A stretch of 64,000 nucleotides of DNA from a virus (taxonomy: Duplodnaviria > Heunggongvirae > Uroviricota > Caudoviricetes): IMG/VR virus record IMGVR_UViG_3300031555_002573, positions 44,572 through 108,571 of that record, one strand, 5' to 3'. A program made the position numbers and the translations under genes. The notes under the pieces were generated by a model, which worked only from the letters and a program-made list of their open reading frames with translations, searched no databases and was not told where the DNA came from. Positions 10,175 through 19,947 of this stretch are shown in pieces (the first letter of the stretch is position 1; each line of letters opens with the position of its first letter).

Positions 10175-10530
10175 TGCCACAAAGAAGGCAAAGGGAAGAT
10201 AAAATTCAACCTACAAGGCACTATTCAAAAGCACAAGAGACAAAAGTGGCATCTAAATTTAATGGGGAAAGAACATTGAATTCAGGTGCCACCCCTTTTC
10301 AAAAGGGAGATGTGACTACAAATAAAATAATTATAGAATGTAAAACTAAAGTTAAGCCATCTGAAACAATAACCATTCATAAGGAATGGTTAGAAAAGAA
10401 TGAAAAAGAAGCACTATTTATGGGTAAACCTTATAGTGCACTTGCCTTTAATTTTGGTCCAAATGAGAAAAACTACTACATAGTGGATGAGTATATGTTT
10501 GATATGATAAGGGAGAAAATAGATGATTGA
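10174..10530 (+). CDS. Hjc-like PD-(D/E)xK nuclease (putative resolvase)
   Basis: The GER..NSGA..GDV..IIIECKTK pattern matches the Hjc ER-SG-D-E.K motif. Confidence 0.4.
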   Translation: MPQRRQREDKIQPTRHYSKAQETKVASKFNGERTLNSGATPFQKGDVTTNKIIIECKTKVKPSETITIHKEWLEKNEKEALFMGKPYSALAFNFGPNEKNYYIVDEYMFDMIREKIDD

Positions 10531-11047
10531 CGATTTAATGAGAGATGAGTATGATGACTATTTGGCAAAACACATTAACGCAGTGAAAGTTGCTTTCTCT
10601 TGGATTTGTGCTAACTTACCCTCTTTGGTTGAAGAATATGACGCAGATGTTCTAGGGGAACGCATTGGAAAGCACGATAACTCAAAGTGGGATGATGAGG
10701 AGTATTTTGCCTATTGTGAGTATTTCTATGGTGACAGAACACCTGATGTAAGTAATGACTTCGATTTTGCTTGGTTACATCATCAACATAATAACCCACA
10801 TCATTGGCAACATTGGTTGTTAAGAGAAGATGAGGGTGATTTAAAAGCTCTTGAAATGCCTTACCTTGATGTAATAGAAATGGTGTGTGACCATTGGGCA
10901 TTCAGTTGGGTAAAGAATAATTTACATGAAATATTCGATTGGTATGAAGCTAACAAGGATAAGATGGTTTTACACGAAAATACTCGAACATTATATGAGA
11001 CTATTTTAAACGAAATAAAAAATAAATTAGACTCAAAAATTAGTTGA
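10523..11047 (+). CDS. hypothetical His-rich protein
   Basis: HHQHNNPHHWQHW; 174 aa. Confidence 0.5.
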   Translation: MIDDLMRDEYDDYLAKHINAVKVAFSWICANLPSLVEEYDADVLGERIGKHDNSKWDDEEYFAYCEYFYGDRTPDVSNDFDFAWLHHQHNNPHHWQHWLLREDEGDLKALEMPYLDVIEMVCDHWAFSWVKNNLHEIFDWYEANKDKMVLHENTRTLYETILNEIKNKLDSKIS

Positions 11048-11072
11048 CTTTTTGAGGATTATCATTATAATA
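11040..11072 (+). promoter_or_regulatory. conserved extended promoter (TTGACT, 16 nt, TATAAT)
   Basis: attagTTGACTtt..cattTATAATaat. Confidence 0.6.
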
Positions 11073-11128
11073 ATAACAAAGGGTGGCATAAATATGTACC
11101 CAAAAAACTTGTAAAGGATGACTAAAAG

Positions 11129-11455
11129 ATGACAAAAATTGAAATTCTGAAAATGACGGACGACAAGTTGGACGAGGCCATTAAAATTCAAGGCACTAAG
11201 TATGACCGTAAGCGTAAGTTGAGTGATTCTATTCTTAAGAAAATCAAGAAATTGGCTAAGAACAATACATACTATGAAATTGCTAAAGAGTTGGGATTGA
11301 GCCCTAACATTGTTCGATATCATGCCGACCCCGTGTGGAAGGCTCACTTTAATGCTACAAGAGATGGTAAGCATTGTGGCAAAGATAAAATCACTGTTAA
11401 AAATCGTGTTGAGTACAAGAGAAGTCTGGTAGCCGCAGGTAAGATTGGCATTTAA
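11129..11455 (+). CDS. putative helix-turn-helix DNA-binding protein
   Basis: NNTYYEIAKELGLSPNIVRYHA is HTH-like. Confidence 0.45.
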   Translation: MTKIEILKMTDDKLDEAIKIQGTKYDRKRKLSDSILKKIKKLAKNNTYYEIAKELGLSPNIVRYHADPVWKAHFNATRDGKHCGKDKITVKNRVEYKRSLVAAGKIGI

Positions 11456-11523
11456 TTGACATTTATAAGGCTGGCAAGACCAACACATCTTGCCAGCCTA
11501 TCTTGGTTTTGGAGGACATTAGT

Positions 11524-12159
11524 ATGCTTACAAAAGAACAAATTTTATCTAATAGAGAAGAGTTTTTGACACTCATAAAGTCTATCAATAGAGAGGGTGC
11601 AGATATTGATAGACTTGTTAAAAAGTTGGAATGCTCTGATTTTTTTATTGCCCCATCATCTACCAAATATCATTGTAATTATGAGGGTGGATTGTGTGAG
11701 CACTCTTTAAATGTGTATAAAAATTTTGTCACCCTAGCAAATAGCAAGACAAATTTGGACGCTTGTTGCTATGATGAGAATACTGTTAAAATTATTACCT
11801 TGCTTCATGATATTAGTAAGATGAACATCTATGAGAAAACAGCTAAGAATGAAAAGGTATATTGTGAAGATGGGGATAAATATGATTCTCTAGGCAAGTT
11901 CAAGTGGGTGACCACTATGGGGTGGGGCCTAAAAGAGCAAAGGTTTACCTATGGTAGCCACGAAATGACCTCTGAATTCATTGCAAGACAATTTATACCT
12001 CTAACGATTGATGAGAGTGTTGCTATTTTGCATCATATGGGTGGCAGAAATTGGGATAGCGCCCAAGATAACATTACTGAAATTTTTGGACAATATCAAG
12101 TTGCTACCCTGCTTCATTTAGCAGATATGTTGGCATCCTATGTAGACGAGAGGGATTAA
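11524..12159 (+). CDS. HD-domain phosphohydrolase
   Basis: H...HD...H pattern: EHSLNV, LLHDISK, LHHMG. Start chosen at the ATG after the GGAGGA RBS. Confidence 0.5.
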   Translation: MLTKEQILSNREEFLTLIKSINREGADIDRLVKKLECSDFFIAPSSTKYHCNYEGGLCEHSLNVYKNFVTLANSKTNLDACCYDENTVKIITLLHDISKMNIYEKTAKNEKVYCEDGDKYDSLGKFKWVTTMGWGLKEQRFTYGSHEMTSEFIARQFIPLTIDESVAILHHMGGRNWDSAQDNITEIFGQYQVATLLHLADMLASYVDERD

Positions 12160-12160
12160 T

Positions 12161-12532
12161 ATGAATCCTTTGGTTAAGACACAATTGGATAAAATTAGGG
12201 GGGTAGACTTGCCCCCCTATGATGACAACACCTTGGTAATAAATATAGATAAAATGTCTTCGACTATGAATGAGTTGAGACAAGATGAATGTTATCTAAT
12301 ATCTGTTGAGGACTACATATTGAATCCCCCGGATGGGTTTACACTTCATACAAATTGGAACAATAATAAAATTCCTAAGCATAAAGTTATGAAGGTAGAT
12401 GTCTCAAAGGTTATGGGAAAGATGATTAAAGTGAATGCAATAGGATATGACTTGAAAAGCAATCGTGACATTCCAGAATCTTGGGAGGGTTGGTTGCCAG
12501 AGAAATCAATTAAAGTTATTGAGAGGTTATAA
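12161..12532 (+). CDS. hypothetical protein
   Basis: 123-aa ORF, tightly packed with its neighbours. Confidence 0.5.
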   Translation: MNPLVKTQLDKIRGVDLPPYDDNTLVINIDKMSSTMNELRQDECYLISVEDYILNPPDGFTLHTNWNNNKIPKHKVMKVDVSKVMGKMIKVNAIGYDLKSNRDIPESWEGWLPEKSIKVIERL

Positions 12533-12534
12533 AA

Positions 12535-13554
12535 GTGGCAGAAAGTTTAGCAGTTAAATATAGACCTAAAGATTGGTCAGAGGTGTGCGGACAAGGTTCT
12601 GTGATAAGAATTTTAGAGAGACAACTTCAACTTAATGAATTGAAAAATGTATACTTGTTTTCAGGTGCATCAGGTTGTGGCAAAACCACCCTTGCTCGTA
12701 TTTTTGCAAACAAAATAAATAATTACATAGGAACACCAAATGAGATAGATGCAGCTTCAAATAATGGTGTTGATAATGTTAAGGCAATTATTAAATCCGC
12801 ACAAGAAAGGTCTATTGATAGTAAATATAAGATATTCATAATAGATGAGTGTCATATGATTACTACTCAAGGTTGGAATGCCTTTCTTAAGTGTATTGAA
12901 GAACCTCCTGCATTTACTATTTTTATCTTTTGTACTACCGACCCTCAAAAGATACCTGCAACTATATTGAATCGTGTACAAAGATTTAATATTACTCGTA
13001 TCAATGTGGATAAGGTAAGGGATAGATTAAGATACATATGTCAACGAGAAGGATTTACTAACTATGAGGAATCCACTGACTACATTGCTAAAATTAGTGA
13101 TGGTGGAATGAGGGATGCTATATCCACATTGGAAAAATGTGCTGGATATTCCACTGATTTATCTATTAACAATGTGTTAGAATCACTTGGTAATTATTCT
13201 TATGACACCTTCTTCACCTTAATAAATGGTATTATTGATGGTAAAGAATGCGAAGTTTTAAAAGTTCTTGATGAGTTCTACAAGGCAGGCAATGATTTAA
13301 GACTATTTGTGGATATGTTCTTATCTTTTTGTCTTGATGTGTCTAAATATATAGTGTTCCAATCAACAGATATGATTAAGATTCCTTCAAGTATGGAGCC
13401 AACAATTAGAAACTCTACTAATTTTAAAGATTCACTCAATTACTATATGTATGTGGTGAATCAACTTCTTGACTTGAAGAATATGCTCAAAAATGATACT
13501 AGTATGAAGTCCACCATTGAGGTAATGTTCTTGAAAATGACGAGGATGCAATAA
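12535..13554 (+). CDS. clamp loader AAA+ ATPase (DnaX/gp44-like)
   Basis: Walker A GASGCGKTT; Walker B IFIIDECH; sensor LNRVQRF. Confidence 0.7.
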   Translation: MAESLAVKYRPKDWSEVCGQGSVIRILERQLQLNELKNVYLFSGASGCGKTTLARIFANKINNYIGTPNEIDAASNNGVDNVKAIIKSAQERSIDSKYKIFIIDECHMITTQGWNAFLKCIEEPPAFTIFIFCTTDPQKIPATILNRVQRFNITRINVDKVRDRLRYICQREGFTNYEESTDYIAKISDGGMRDAISTLEKCAGYSTDLSINNVLESLGNYSYDTFFTLINGIIDGKECEVLKVLDEFYKAGNDLRLFVDMFLSFCLDVSKYIVFQSTDMIKIPSSMEPTIRNSTNFKDSLNYYMYVVNQLLDLKNMLKNDTSMKSTIEVMFLKMTRMQ

Positions 13555-13556
13555 TT

Positions 13557-14261
13557 ATGTGGGGATATTATGGCAGTAAAAGTAAAATAATTGATTATTA
13601 TCCAAAACCTATGTACAATAAAATTATAGAACCATTCGCAGGGACAGCACAATATTCCTTGAAGTATTTCGAAAATGATGTTGTGTTAGTTGATAAATAT
13701 GATGTGATAGTAAGATTGTGGAAGTGGCTACAGCAGTGCTCAAAAAAAGACATATTATCTTTGCCTACTCTGGAGTATGGACAAAGTGTTGACGATTTTA
13801 CTTTTGATTGTGAAGAAGCAAAATGGCTTATTGGATTTATAATAGTTGGTGCATCTACAGTGCCAAAGAAGCATCCGAGTAAATGGAAGACCATTATAAG
13901 ACCAAACACCCAAGACTATAAGTTGAATATGATTGCAAATAGTTTATATAAGATAAGGCATTGGGACATTAGATTGGGTGATTATTCCGACTTAGATAAT
14001 TGTAGGGCAACTTGGTTTATAGACCCACCGTACCAAGTAGGTGGAGAATATTATAAACATAGTAATAAAGGAATCAATTATTCAGAGTTAGCTACTTGGT
14101 GTAGGGGCAGGGAAGGTCAAGTGATTGTGTGTGGTAATACAGGAGACTCTTGGTTGGATTTTAAACCTCTAACTAATATGCGAGGAAGTATGAAGAATTC
14201 AATTGAGTGTATTTGTGAATTGAATGATAGAAGTTCTTTTGATTATTCTAAATTGTGGTGA
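13557..14261 (+). CDS. DNA adenine methyltransferase, Dam-like (alpha class)
   Basis: Motif I IIEPFAGTAQ is N-terminal and WFIDPPYQ (DPPY) is C-terminal. Confidence 0.6.
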   Translation: MWGYYGSKSKIIDYYPKPMYNKIIEPFAGTAQYSLKYFENDVVLVDKYDVIVRLWKWLQQCSKKDILSLPTLEYGQSVDDFTFDCEEAKWLIGFIIVGASTVPKKHPSKWKTIIRPNTQDYKLNMIANSLYKIRHWDIRLGDYSDLDNCRATWFIDPPYQVGGEYYKHSNKGINYSELATWCRGREGQVIVCGNTGDSWLDFKPLTNMRGSMKNSIECICELNDRSSFDYSKLW

Positions 14262-15064
14262 TATATATGATAAAAGGACAAGAAAAACTATGCAAAAAAA
14301 TAGACTCACACACAATGGATACATTTCCAAGAACCTTATTACTTCTTGGTGAATATGGTAGTGGAAGGCACTCCATAGTTAAGTATATCGCTGATAGGTT
14401 TAAGTGTGAGGTAGAGGACATATCAGGTAAACTTACATTAGAGTACATAGATACCATAAATCAAAGAGTAACACCTATGATTTATGTGATTGACTCTAAA
14501 GAGTTAACAATTAAAAATGAAAATGTGATTTTGAAATTCCTTGAAGAACCCCTCAAAAATGCATTTATAGTGGTTTTAAGCGAGAATAAATACAATATCA
14601 TCCCTACAATATTAAATAGATGCTTGGTGTGGGAGTTGGAGACATATAATATGTCACTTTTAAGACAATTTATTTCAAGTGATGTAGATGTTGAAGTGTT
14701 GCTTAGGGTGGCAACCACTCCTGGAAAGGTGATAAAATACCAAACATACCCAATTGATGAGATGATAAAATTGGCAACCAAAATTTTTACTAATATTGGG
14801 AAAGCAAACATTGCTAACGCATTGACTTTAAGTAAGTATGTAGCTTTTAAGGACGAGAAAGATAAGTTTGATTTTAACTTATTTCTGGATGTTTTGTTGA
14901 TGGTTAGTAGAGACTTGTGCCATAGCAAGTTTGACAAATGTTTTCAAATATATGGGTTAACAAATGAATTGAACAACAATAAATACTTATTTAATGTCGA
15001 TAAAAAAGCATTGTTTGAGCATTATTTGGTTGAGTTGAAATTATTAACAATAGGAGATAGGTAA
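14255..15064 (+). CDS. clamp loader subunit, delta-prime-like (degenerate AAA+)
   Basis: LLLLGEYGSGRHS degenerate P-loop; ILNRC resembles the SRC motif. Confidence 0.45.
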   Translation: MVIYMIKGQEKLCKKIDSHTMDTFPRTLLLLGEYGSGRHSIVKYIADRFKCEVEDISGKLTLEYIDTINQRVTPMIYVIDSKELTIKNENVILKFLEEPLKNAFIVVLSENKYNIIPTILNRCLVWELETYNMSLLRQFISSDVDVEVLLRVATTPGKVIKYQTYPIDEMIKLATKIFTNIGKANIANALTLSKYVAFKDEKDKFDFNLFLDVLLMVSRDLCHSKFDKCFQIYGLTNELNNNKYLFNVDKKALFEHYLVELKLLTIGDR

Positions 15065-15065
15065 T

Positions 15066-15848
15066 ATGTTTGAAAAAGTGAATAAGAGCCATCCTGATAA
15101 GGTGGCAGATAGAATTGCAGGCGCAATCGTAGACCTTGCTTATTCTAAACAATACAACCCAAAGATAGCGGTGGAAGTACTCATTGGACACGGGGTGTGT
15201 CATATTATTTCCGAATCTTCTGTGTCTTTTGTGAAAGATGAAGTTGAGCCTATTGTGGCAAGAATTGCAGGAAATGTTGAGGTGGATTTTGTAAGTGTGC
15301 CTCAAGATGAGCATCTTGCAAACAATCAATGTAAAGAGGTTAGATGTGGCGATAATGGTATCTTCAAGGGTGTGCCCCTTACTGATGAGCAGAAAAAACT
15401 ATCATCTATTGCTAAAGGAATTCATTCAAAATACCCAACAGATGGTAAGTATATTATTAATGGAGACCAACTTATTATTTGCCAAAGCAATGCTAAAAAT
15501 GAAGAACTGAAATTGATGTATCCTAACGCTATTATTAATCCATTGGGAGAGTGGACAGGTGGTACCAATGTGGATACGGGTGCTACCAATAGAAAACTTG
15601 GAAGTGATATGGCGGATAGTGTTACTGGTGGAGGTCTACACGGCAAGGATTTATCTAAAGCAGATGTATCTGTCAATATCTATGCATTTCTTAAAGCACA
15701 AGAAACTAACACACCTGTTGAGTTGTTTTGTGCTATAGGTGATAAAGAAATTGATGGAAAGCCATATTCCGAAGTGGTTGAGATTGCAAGGGAGTATATT
15801 AAGTCCGTGGGTGGATTTGAAAAATTCGCAGAGTGGGGAATAGTTTAA
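15066..15848 (+). CDS. metK: truncated S-adenosylmethionine synthetase homologue (MetK-like, 260 aa)
   Basis: KSHPDKVADRIAGAIVD matches MetK N-terminal GHPDKxxDQISDAxLD; DTGATNRKLG and GGGLHGKDLSKADVSVNIYA match the MetK DxGxTGRK and GGGAFSGKDPSKVDRS loops. About 120 aa shorter than bacterial MetK. Confidence 0.55.
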   Translation: MFEKVNKSHPDKVADRIAGAIVDLAYSKQYNPKIAVEVLIGHGVCHIISESSVSFVKDEVEPIVARIAGNVEVDFVSVPQDEHLANNQCKEVRCGDNGIFKGVPLTDEQKKLSSIAKGIHSKYPTDGKYIINGDQLIICQSNAKNEELKLMYPNAIINPLGEWTGGTNVDTGATNRKLGSDMADSVTGGGLHGKDLSKADVSVNIYAFLKAQETNTPVELFCAIGDKEIDGKPYSEVVEIAREYIKSVGGFEKFAEWGIV

Positions 15849-15868
15849 ATATTACAGGGGGATAAACA

Positions 15869-16783
15869 TTGACATTGCAAGAACTTAAAGAATCTATTGA
15901 GGGTGGCACATTCCAACCAACTACAATGATTATTGTTAGTGAGGACAAGTTTATCCCTCTTTTATATATTCATGAGATTTCAAAAAACTTTGATTACTCA
16001 ATTTCTTATATTGATTCTCTTAATGAGTTGCTTAACATAAATGATGATATTTTTGGTGGAGTGGATGAGCCTACATCAGATTTGGTTATATTTAATACAG
16101 AATTAGTTGACTTTTCTGATGAATTGTTGTATAATAAAAATAACATAATCGTAATTGCTAATAAGATAGATAAAGCATCTAAAAAATTCTACGATGGAAT
16201 GATTATTGAGGTGCCTAAGCTTGATGACTGGCAAGTTAAAGACATGGTTTATTCATTCGCGAGTGGTGTAAACACAAAAAGTTTGGATTGGTTGATACAT
16301 AACTGTAATGGGGATGTTAATAGATTATATCAAGAGTCTATTAAACTTTCTATATTTAATGAGCAAGAGAGAAACAATGTATTTGAAGAGATGGTAGAGG
16401 ATGGGGCGTTCAATGACTTATCCTCTAATACCATATTTAATTTTACTAACGCTATTCTTAAAAAAGACATAAATAGTTTACGAGCTATTTATGAGGAGAT
16501 TGAAAACATTGATATAAATGATTTTGGTCTGCTAACAATTCTATATAACAACTTTTTAAATGTAATAAACATCCAACTTGGTATAAATCCTACCGCAGAA
16601 TCATTGGGAATGAAGCCAGGGCAATTCAATGCAATAAGGCATAATTGTGGATATTATAGTAATTCACAATTAGTAGGGATATTTAAAATGCTTACTGATA
16701 TGGATAGAAAGATAAAGATGGGTGAATTCCCCACCAATATTATGAGAGATTATCTTATTTTAAGCGTTTTGTCTCAAAAATAA
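15869..16783 (+). CDS. hypothetical protein (possibly a delta-like clamp loader subunit)
   Basis: 304 aa; TTG start after a GGGGGA RBS; position within the clamp-loader cluster. Confidence 0.4.
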   Translation: MTLQELKESIEGGTFQPTTMIIVSEDKFIPLLYIHEISKNFDYSISYIDSLNELLNINDDIFGGVDEPTSDLVIFNTELVDFSDELLYNKNNIIVIANKIDKASKKFYDGMIIEVPKLDDWQVKDMVYSFASGVNTKSLDWLIHNCNGDVNRLYQESIKLSIFNEQERNNVFEEMVEDGAFNDLSSNTIFNFTNAILKKDINSLRAIYEEIENIDINDFGLLTILYNNFLNVINIQLGINPTAESLGMKPGQFNAIRHNCGYYSNSQLVGIFKMLTDMDRKIKMGEFPTNIMRDYLILSVLSQK

Positions 16784-16801
16784 CTACACAAGGAGAATCT
16801 A

Positions 16802-17302
16802 ATGATAGAATTAAATAAGGTATACAACATTGATTGTGTAGAAGGACTTAAACAAGTAGATGATAACTCTATTGATTTAATCGTAACTTCTCCTCCATAC
16901 AATGTGGGCATTGATTATGATACGTGGAAAGATGAAATGCCTTGGCAAGACTACCTCAATTGGTGCAAAAAATGGCTAAATGAGTGCTTCAGAGTCCTCA
17001 AAGATGATGGAAGAATATGTATAAACCATTATATAGCATTCAGCTCTCCTTTTGAAGATACTTGTCAATTCCCTCTTATGGACTTTAGAACTTTAATGAC
17101 AGAAATTGGGTTTAATGTACATAAACTTGCTATATGGGATGACAGAACGATGAATAAATACACTGCTTGGGGAAGTTGGCAAAGTGCATCAGCGCCTAAT
17201 ATAATGACGCCTTACGAGGGTATTCTTATTGCATATAAAAAGCAATGGGGTAAAATTAATAAGGGAGAGTCCACTATTACTAAAGAACAATTCATAGAAT
17301 AA
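16802..17302 (+). CDS. DNA methyltransferase beta class, N-terminal part (motif IV SPPY), ends at a TAA
   Basis: IVTSPPYNVGIDYD; AAGGAGA RBS. Confidence 0.65.
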   Translation: MIELNKVYNIDCVEGLKQVDDNSIDLIVTSPPYNVGIDYDTWKDEMPWQDYLNWCKKWLNECFRVLKDDGRICINHYIAFSSPFEDTCQFPLMDFRTLMTEIGFNVHKLAIWDDRTMNKYTAWGSWQSASAPNIMTPYEGILIAYKKQWGKINKGESTITKEQFIE

Positions 17303-17681
17303 GCATAGGTTTAATTATAAAAACACAGATGCCAATAATTTGGGAGATAAGATACTAAATATTTCCAGAAAGAACACTCACCCCACGGTAAAACCAACAG
17401 AACTTATGCAATACCTAATTCGTCTTGTAACTCCTAATGGCGGAACAATTCTTGACCCCTTTAATGGTAGCGGTAGTACAGGTAAGGCTGCTATGTATGA
17501 AAATAGGGAAAGAAATAAAGATTATAAGTACATAGGAATTGAACTTACTGAAGAATACTTGCCAATTGCAAAGGCAAGAATTGAATACCCTTTAACTTGT
17601 GTACTACATAATGACAAGAAAGAATCAAAGGTAAAAGAACAACCGACTACTGAACAAAACAAAGAAGTAAACTTATGGTGA
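17298..17681 (+). CDS. DNA methyltransferase beta class, C-terminal part (motif I), in the +1 frame relative to 16802..17302
   Basis: NTHPTVKPTELMQYLIRLVTPNGGTILDPFNGSGSTGKAA. The frame is open from 17298 and overlaps the upstream TAA. Confidence 0.55.
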   Translation, partial: NKHRFNYKNTDANNLGDKILNISRKNTHPTVKPTELMQYLIRLVTPNGGTILDPFNGSGSTGKAAMYENRERNKDYKYIGIELTEEYLPIAKARIEYPLTCVLHNDKKESKVKEQPTTEQNKEVNLW

Positions 17682-17685
17682 TAAA

Positions 17686-18738
17686 ATGAAATTGTTGATA
17701 TATGCTGACCCTCATTGGAGTTCCTACTCCTCTATTGTAAGAAGTAGAGGAGAGAAATACTCCACAAGACTTGAAAACTTAATTAAGACAATGAATTGGA
17801 TAGAAGTAGAGGCAGTAACAAAAGGTTGTGATGTCATTGTATGTCTAGGTGACTTTTTTGATAAGAGTGAACTTAATTCTGAAGAAGTTACATCATTACA
17901 AGAAGTAGCTTGGTCGGAGATTCCACATTGGTTTATTGTGGGTAATCATGAAATGGGAAGAGGAAATCTTGAACATAGTTCTTCTCACTTATTCAACTTA
18001 TTGCCGACTGCCTCTGTAATAGATGAGGTAAAGTTTTTTAACACTAATGATACTACTATAGTATCAATTCCTTATATACTTGAAAGCAACAGAAAACCAC
18101 TTAAAGACTACCTTGGGAATTATCCCCTAAAAGAAAATGTCATTATATTAAGTCATAATGACATAGCGGGTATTCAAATGGGTCAATTTGTATCAACCAC
18201 AGGGTTTTCTATTGAAGAGATAGAAGAAAATTGTAATTTATTTCTTAACGGACATTTACATAATGACACAGAGATAGGTAATAAGATTATCAATGTAGGT
18301 AATATAACGGGACAAAACTTTAGTGAGGACGCATTTGCTCATACTCATAAAGCACTTATACTTGATACTGATGGAAAGAGTTTGACCCCTGTTGTAAATC
18401 CGCACGCTATGAATTTCTATAAAGTAGATTTAACTAATTGTAGACCTACCATAGATGATAAGAATATCCAAGATGCACTATCAAGTCTTAAATATCCTGC
18501 CGTAGCAACAATTAAAATAAATCCTGATATAAATTTTATTGTAAGAGATTTATTAACAACTTGTGAAAATATAATTGAATGTAGACTTATTACTGATGGT
18601 GTTAAGGGTGATGAACCTATTGAGAGCATTAGTAATGAAATAAATCTTGACCATATTCAAAAATTTCAAATGTATGTTATTGAGAATATAGGTAAAGATG
18701 AATTAACCTTAAATGAATTAGAAAGGGTGTCTAAATAA
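17686..18738 (+). CDS. sbcD: SbcD/Mre11-like nuclease
   Basis: Calcineurin-like motifs DPHW, GDFFD, GNHE, SHND and GHLH. Confidence 0.75.
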   Translation: MKLLIYADPHWSSYSSIVRSRGEKYSTRLENLIKTMNWIEVEAVTKGCDVIVCLGDFFDKSELNSEEVTSLQEVAWSEIPHWFIVGNHEMGRGNLEHSSSHLFNLLPTASVIDEVKFFNTNDTTIVSIPYILESNRKPLKDYLGNYPLKENVIILSHNDIAGIQMGQFVSTTGFSIEEIEENCNLFLNGHLHNDTEIGNKIINVGNITGQNFSEDAFAHTHKALILDTDGKSLTPVVNPHAMNFYKVDLTNCRPTIDDKNIQDALSSLKYPAVATIKINPDINFIVRDLLTTCENIIECRLITDGVKGDEPIESISNEINLDHIQKFQMYVIENIGKDELTLNELERVSK

Positions 18739-19040
18739 TGGACATTAAATTTAAGAAATTACATATTGAGAATTTTATGTCTATTGGTGAAGCAGACATT
18801 GACCTTTCTGATAGAGCATTTACACTTATTGAAGGTGTAAACAATAATGAAAATGATAACGCAAGAAGTAATGGTTCTGGTAAGAGTTCTATTTTTGAAT
18901 CTTTAGTGTGGACTCTTACAGGAACTACAATGCGTGGAAATAAAGATATTGTAAACTACAATGGTAACGGAGCCTGTAAAGTTGTACTCACACTCAATGT
19001 TGATGGTGATGAGTATGTAATTGAAAGAGGTGTAGACTAA
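18738..19040 (+). CDS. sbcC: SbcC/Rad50-like ATPase, exon 1 (Walker A)
   Basis: NGSGKSSIFESLVWTLTG Walker A; ends ..YVIERGVD then a stop. Confidence 0.7.
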   Translation: MDIKFKKLHIENFMSIGEADIDLSDRAFTLIEGVNNNENDNARSNGSGKSSIFESLVWTLTGTTMRGNKDIVNYNGNGACKVVLTLNVDGDEYVIERGVD

Positions 19041-19935
19041 CATTTTTTCAATAACTCATATACAAATATTGTATATACTATTGAAGTATATTTTAAGGAG
19101 TATATGATTTATGTACGGATACATTTATAAAACCACAAATATATGTAATGGAAAAATTTATATAGGTCAGCACAAATCACCTGAATTTTGTGGTAATTCA
19201 TACATAGGCAGTGGTAAAAAATTACTGTGTGCCGTGAAACATTATGGAGAAGATAGCTTTAGAGTTGAACTTATTGAATCAATTGAGAGAGAAGAACTGA
19301 TGGATGAAAGAGAAATTTACTGGATACAATATTATGATTCAACTAACCAAGAAATAGGTTATAATATATCGTCAGGTGGCAATTGTAACCGAACTATGAA
19401 AGGCAAACTACATCCAATGTATGGTGTAAGCAGGTATGGTGCTGACAACCCATCTTATGGTAAACACTGGTGGACAAATGGTGTGATAAATAAGATAAGT
19501 AAAGAGCGTCCAGGTGATGGGTGGTACAAAGGGGTTTCTGACACCTTAAAACAAAAACATTCAGAATGTAGAAAAGGTAGAGACGCTTGGAATAAAGGAC
19601 TTACTAAATCTACGGACGACAGATTAAATGGTAATAAGAATCCTCGTTCAAAAGAATTCAAACTTAATCTATCTAAATTAAATAGTGGTTCAGGCAACCC
19701 AATGTATGGAAAAGCAGGATATTTAAAATACAGATATATTTATGATAATAAAGAATTTTTAGGCAAGGGTGAACTAATTGAATATTTAAAAAACAATGGG
19801 TTCCCAACATTCAATGCTAATAATATTGATAGTATAGTTAAAGGTAAACCGTTGAGAAAATTTCCTGAATTAAAAGGTAAAATAGAACGAATAACCTTAA
19901 GTAAAGATGAAATCATTGAGGTAAGAAAAAAGTGG
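19035..19935 (+). mobile_element. putative group I intron in sbcC (about 0.9 kb) with a GIY-YIG homing endonuclease ORF
   Basis: The Rad50 homology (compare T4 gp46 ..YYIKRGQKP|NVFEITVNGT..) resumes at 19932 with KYLKIQKNGVD after a 0.9-kb gap occupied by a GIY-YIG ORF. Boundaries are approximate. Confidence 0.45.
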
Positions 19936-19947
19936 GAAAATACTTAA
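19111..19947 (+). CDS. GIY-YIG homing endonuclease (intron-encoded)
   Basis: YGYIYKTTNICNGKIYIGQHKS ... EIYWIQYY; repeated WxxG/NKG DNA-binding modules. Confidence 0.8.
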   Translation: MYGYIYKTTNICNGKIYIGQHKSPEFCGNSYIGSGKKLLCAVKHYGEDSFRVELIESIEREELMDEREIYWIQYYDSTNQEIGYNISSGGNCNRTMKGKLHPMYGVSRYGADNPSYGKHWWTNGVINKISKERPGDGWYKGVSDTLKQKHSECRKGRDAWNKGLTKSTDDRLNGNKNPRSKEFKLNLSKLNSGSGNPMYGKAGYLKYRYIYDNKEFLGKGELIEYLKNNGFPTFNANNIDSIVKGKPLRKFPELKGKIERITLSKDEIIEVRKKWENT

